This document shows positions 44,084 through 45,039 of a stretch of 45,039 nt of DNA, piece after piece. The first letter of the stretch is position 1. Every line of letters starts with the position of its first letter. The notes under the pieces were generated by a model, which had not been told where the DNA came from, did no database searches, and saw only the letters and a list, made by a program, of their open reading frames with translations. The translations under genes were made by a program, and so were the position numbers. Origin of the DNA: a virus (taxonomy: Duplodnaviria; Caudoviricetes); IMG/VR virus record IMGVR_UViG_3300028197_000029, positions 1-45,039 of that record; one strand, 5' to 3'.

Positions 44084-44443
44084 ATGAACTCGATGATCAA
44101 TAACAGAGGCGAAGTAGAATTTACAATCACCATAGAAGGTGAACCCAAATTGACCAAGGACGAAACAGGCTATGCTATGACTAGGCAGATACTGTGTGAT
44201 CGTCTAATAGCATATGAAGTCACTCGTACCACAGAGAATGTTCAACAGGGCGACCTAGAAGGACTTGCTTATATGATCAGTGATGGTGCATATGGCTTCT
44301 TGGAAATGAGTGATGAAGAACTAGCCAGTGAATGGGCTGAAGCAGAAGAAGGGTTCTGGGACTGTTGGGATAACAATCGTTTGGTTATTGCTCTAGCAGA
44401 AGATGATCCACTTTCTGATGACAACCCATCGGACTTGAATTAA
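44084..44443 (+). CDS. Acidic hypothetical protein
   Basis: 119-aa ORF. Confidence 0.7.
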   Translation: MNSMINNRGEVEFTITIEGEPKLTKDETGYAMTRQILCDRLIAYEVTRTTENVQQGDLEGLAYMISDGAYGFLEMSDEELASEWAEAEEGFWDCWDNNRLVIALAEDDPLSDDNPSDLN

Positions 44444-44451
44444 GTATTAGT

Positions 44452-44829
44452 ATGAGCAACGACAACGGAAAAACACCCCCATCCATACGTTATGTGGTAG
44501 ATGATGACACTCAAGAGCTTCTTGAGATTATGTTGAATCATGCTATGCAACTGGCTGATCTACAGATAGACAACGAGTCAAGAGAAGCCCTACTGGATGA
44601 AATAGAAGATCTAGCAGAGCGATTCTCAATCAGTCGTAATAGAGTAGAGATAGAAACTGTTAAAAATGAAGACGGTTCAACCACTCTAACAGTTCACAGT
44701 CAGCCTCTAGAAATAGATCAAACCAAGAAGGTTGTGAAGCTGGAAACACCCAATAACAAACGTCCTCACCTGTCAGTGGTTAAAGCAGAAGATCCTCCCA
44801 CTACAGATGATGAACCAACCACACTCTGA
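44452..44829 (+). CDS. Acidic hypothetical protein
   Basis: 125 aa; C-terminal RPHLSVVK. Confidence 0.7.
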   Translation: MSNDNGKTPPSIRYVVDDDTQELLEIMLNHAMQLADLQIDNESREALLDEIEDLAERFSISRNRVEIETVKNEDGSTTLTVHSQPLEIDQTKKVVKLETPNNKRPHLSVVKAEDPPTTDDEPTTL

Positions 44830-45039
44830 TGTGGCATCGTATCCACAGTTTCTTTGAACACTCGAAGAGCGGCACGCCAGATTCCTCTAGGCTTCGAAGA
44901 AGTAGCGGTAGCGATAGAGAACAAGAGTTAACCACATTTCAAAAACTGTTACTAGAAACAGATTATCCAGCTTGTGTTGGACTAGTACGAATTGGAGATT
45001 GGCCAATGCCTATACATGAGTGTTGGAACGATTGCAAAC
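44829..45039 (+). CDS. Hypothetical protein, partial (runs off the window)
   Basis: ATG overlaps the upstream TGA; frame open to the window end. Confidence 0.45.
   Translation, partial: MWHRIHSFFEHSKSGTPDSSRLRRSSGSDREQELTTFQKLLLETDYPACVGLVRIGDWPMPIHECWNDCK

Noticed and set aside
1-45039. Bacterial chromosome or prophage origin, suggested by the many metabolic genes
   Set aside because: The metabolic genes are interleaved with phage-type ORFs, T4-like late promoters and early cassettes; there are no complete host operons, rRNA, integrase or att site.
1-45039. Stop-codon reassignment
   Set aside because: Known genes translate full length in the standard code, TAA, TAG and TGA all end genes, and no suppressor tRNA is seen.

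Overview
AT-rich, gene-dense segment of a large T4-like (probably jumbo) tailed phage genome; no bacterial housekeeping context is visible. The host is most likely a marine alphaproteobacterium, inferred from the two-piece permuted tmRNA, Shemin-pathway ALA synthase, pseudoazurin, DUF1127 protein and MsmA-like protein. Positions 1-35.3 kb are mostly minus-strand middle/late genes with TA(T)AAATA-type late promoters. They include nrdAB and glutaredoxin, a beta-helix virion protein, a PD-(D/E)XK nuclease and a block of putative head-internal proteins. They also include many auxiliary metabolic genes: hemA/hemC/hemE/hemF, iscU, nfuA, class I aldolase, prs, a lipase, pseudoazurin and a Rieske-less MsmA homologue. 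Positions 36.1-45 kb are plus-strand early genes, built from repeated sigma70 promoter cassettes each followed by small ORFs. Best candidates for new biology: (1) an anticodon-domain-less class IIb aaRS-like gene followed 8 nt later by a 101-nt tRNA with an Asn (GTT) anticodon on a Leu-like long-variable-arm body; (2) four heme-synthesis genes in one phage; (3) a permuted tmRNA with a 29-residue tag; (4) a probable -1 frameshift at a 9-A run; (5) a Pol-beta NTase/ligase-like fusion protein; (6) several unexplained multi-hairpin intergenic RNAs. All family calls come from motif recognition by eye; no database search was run.
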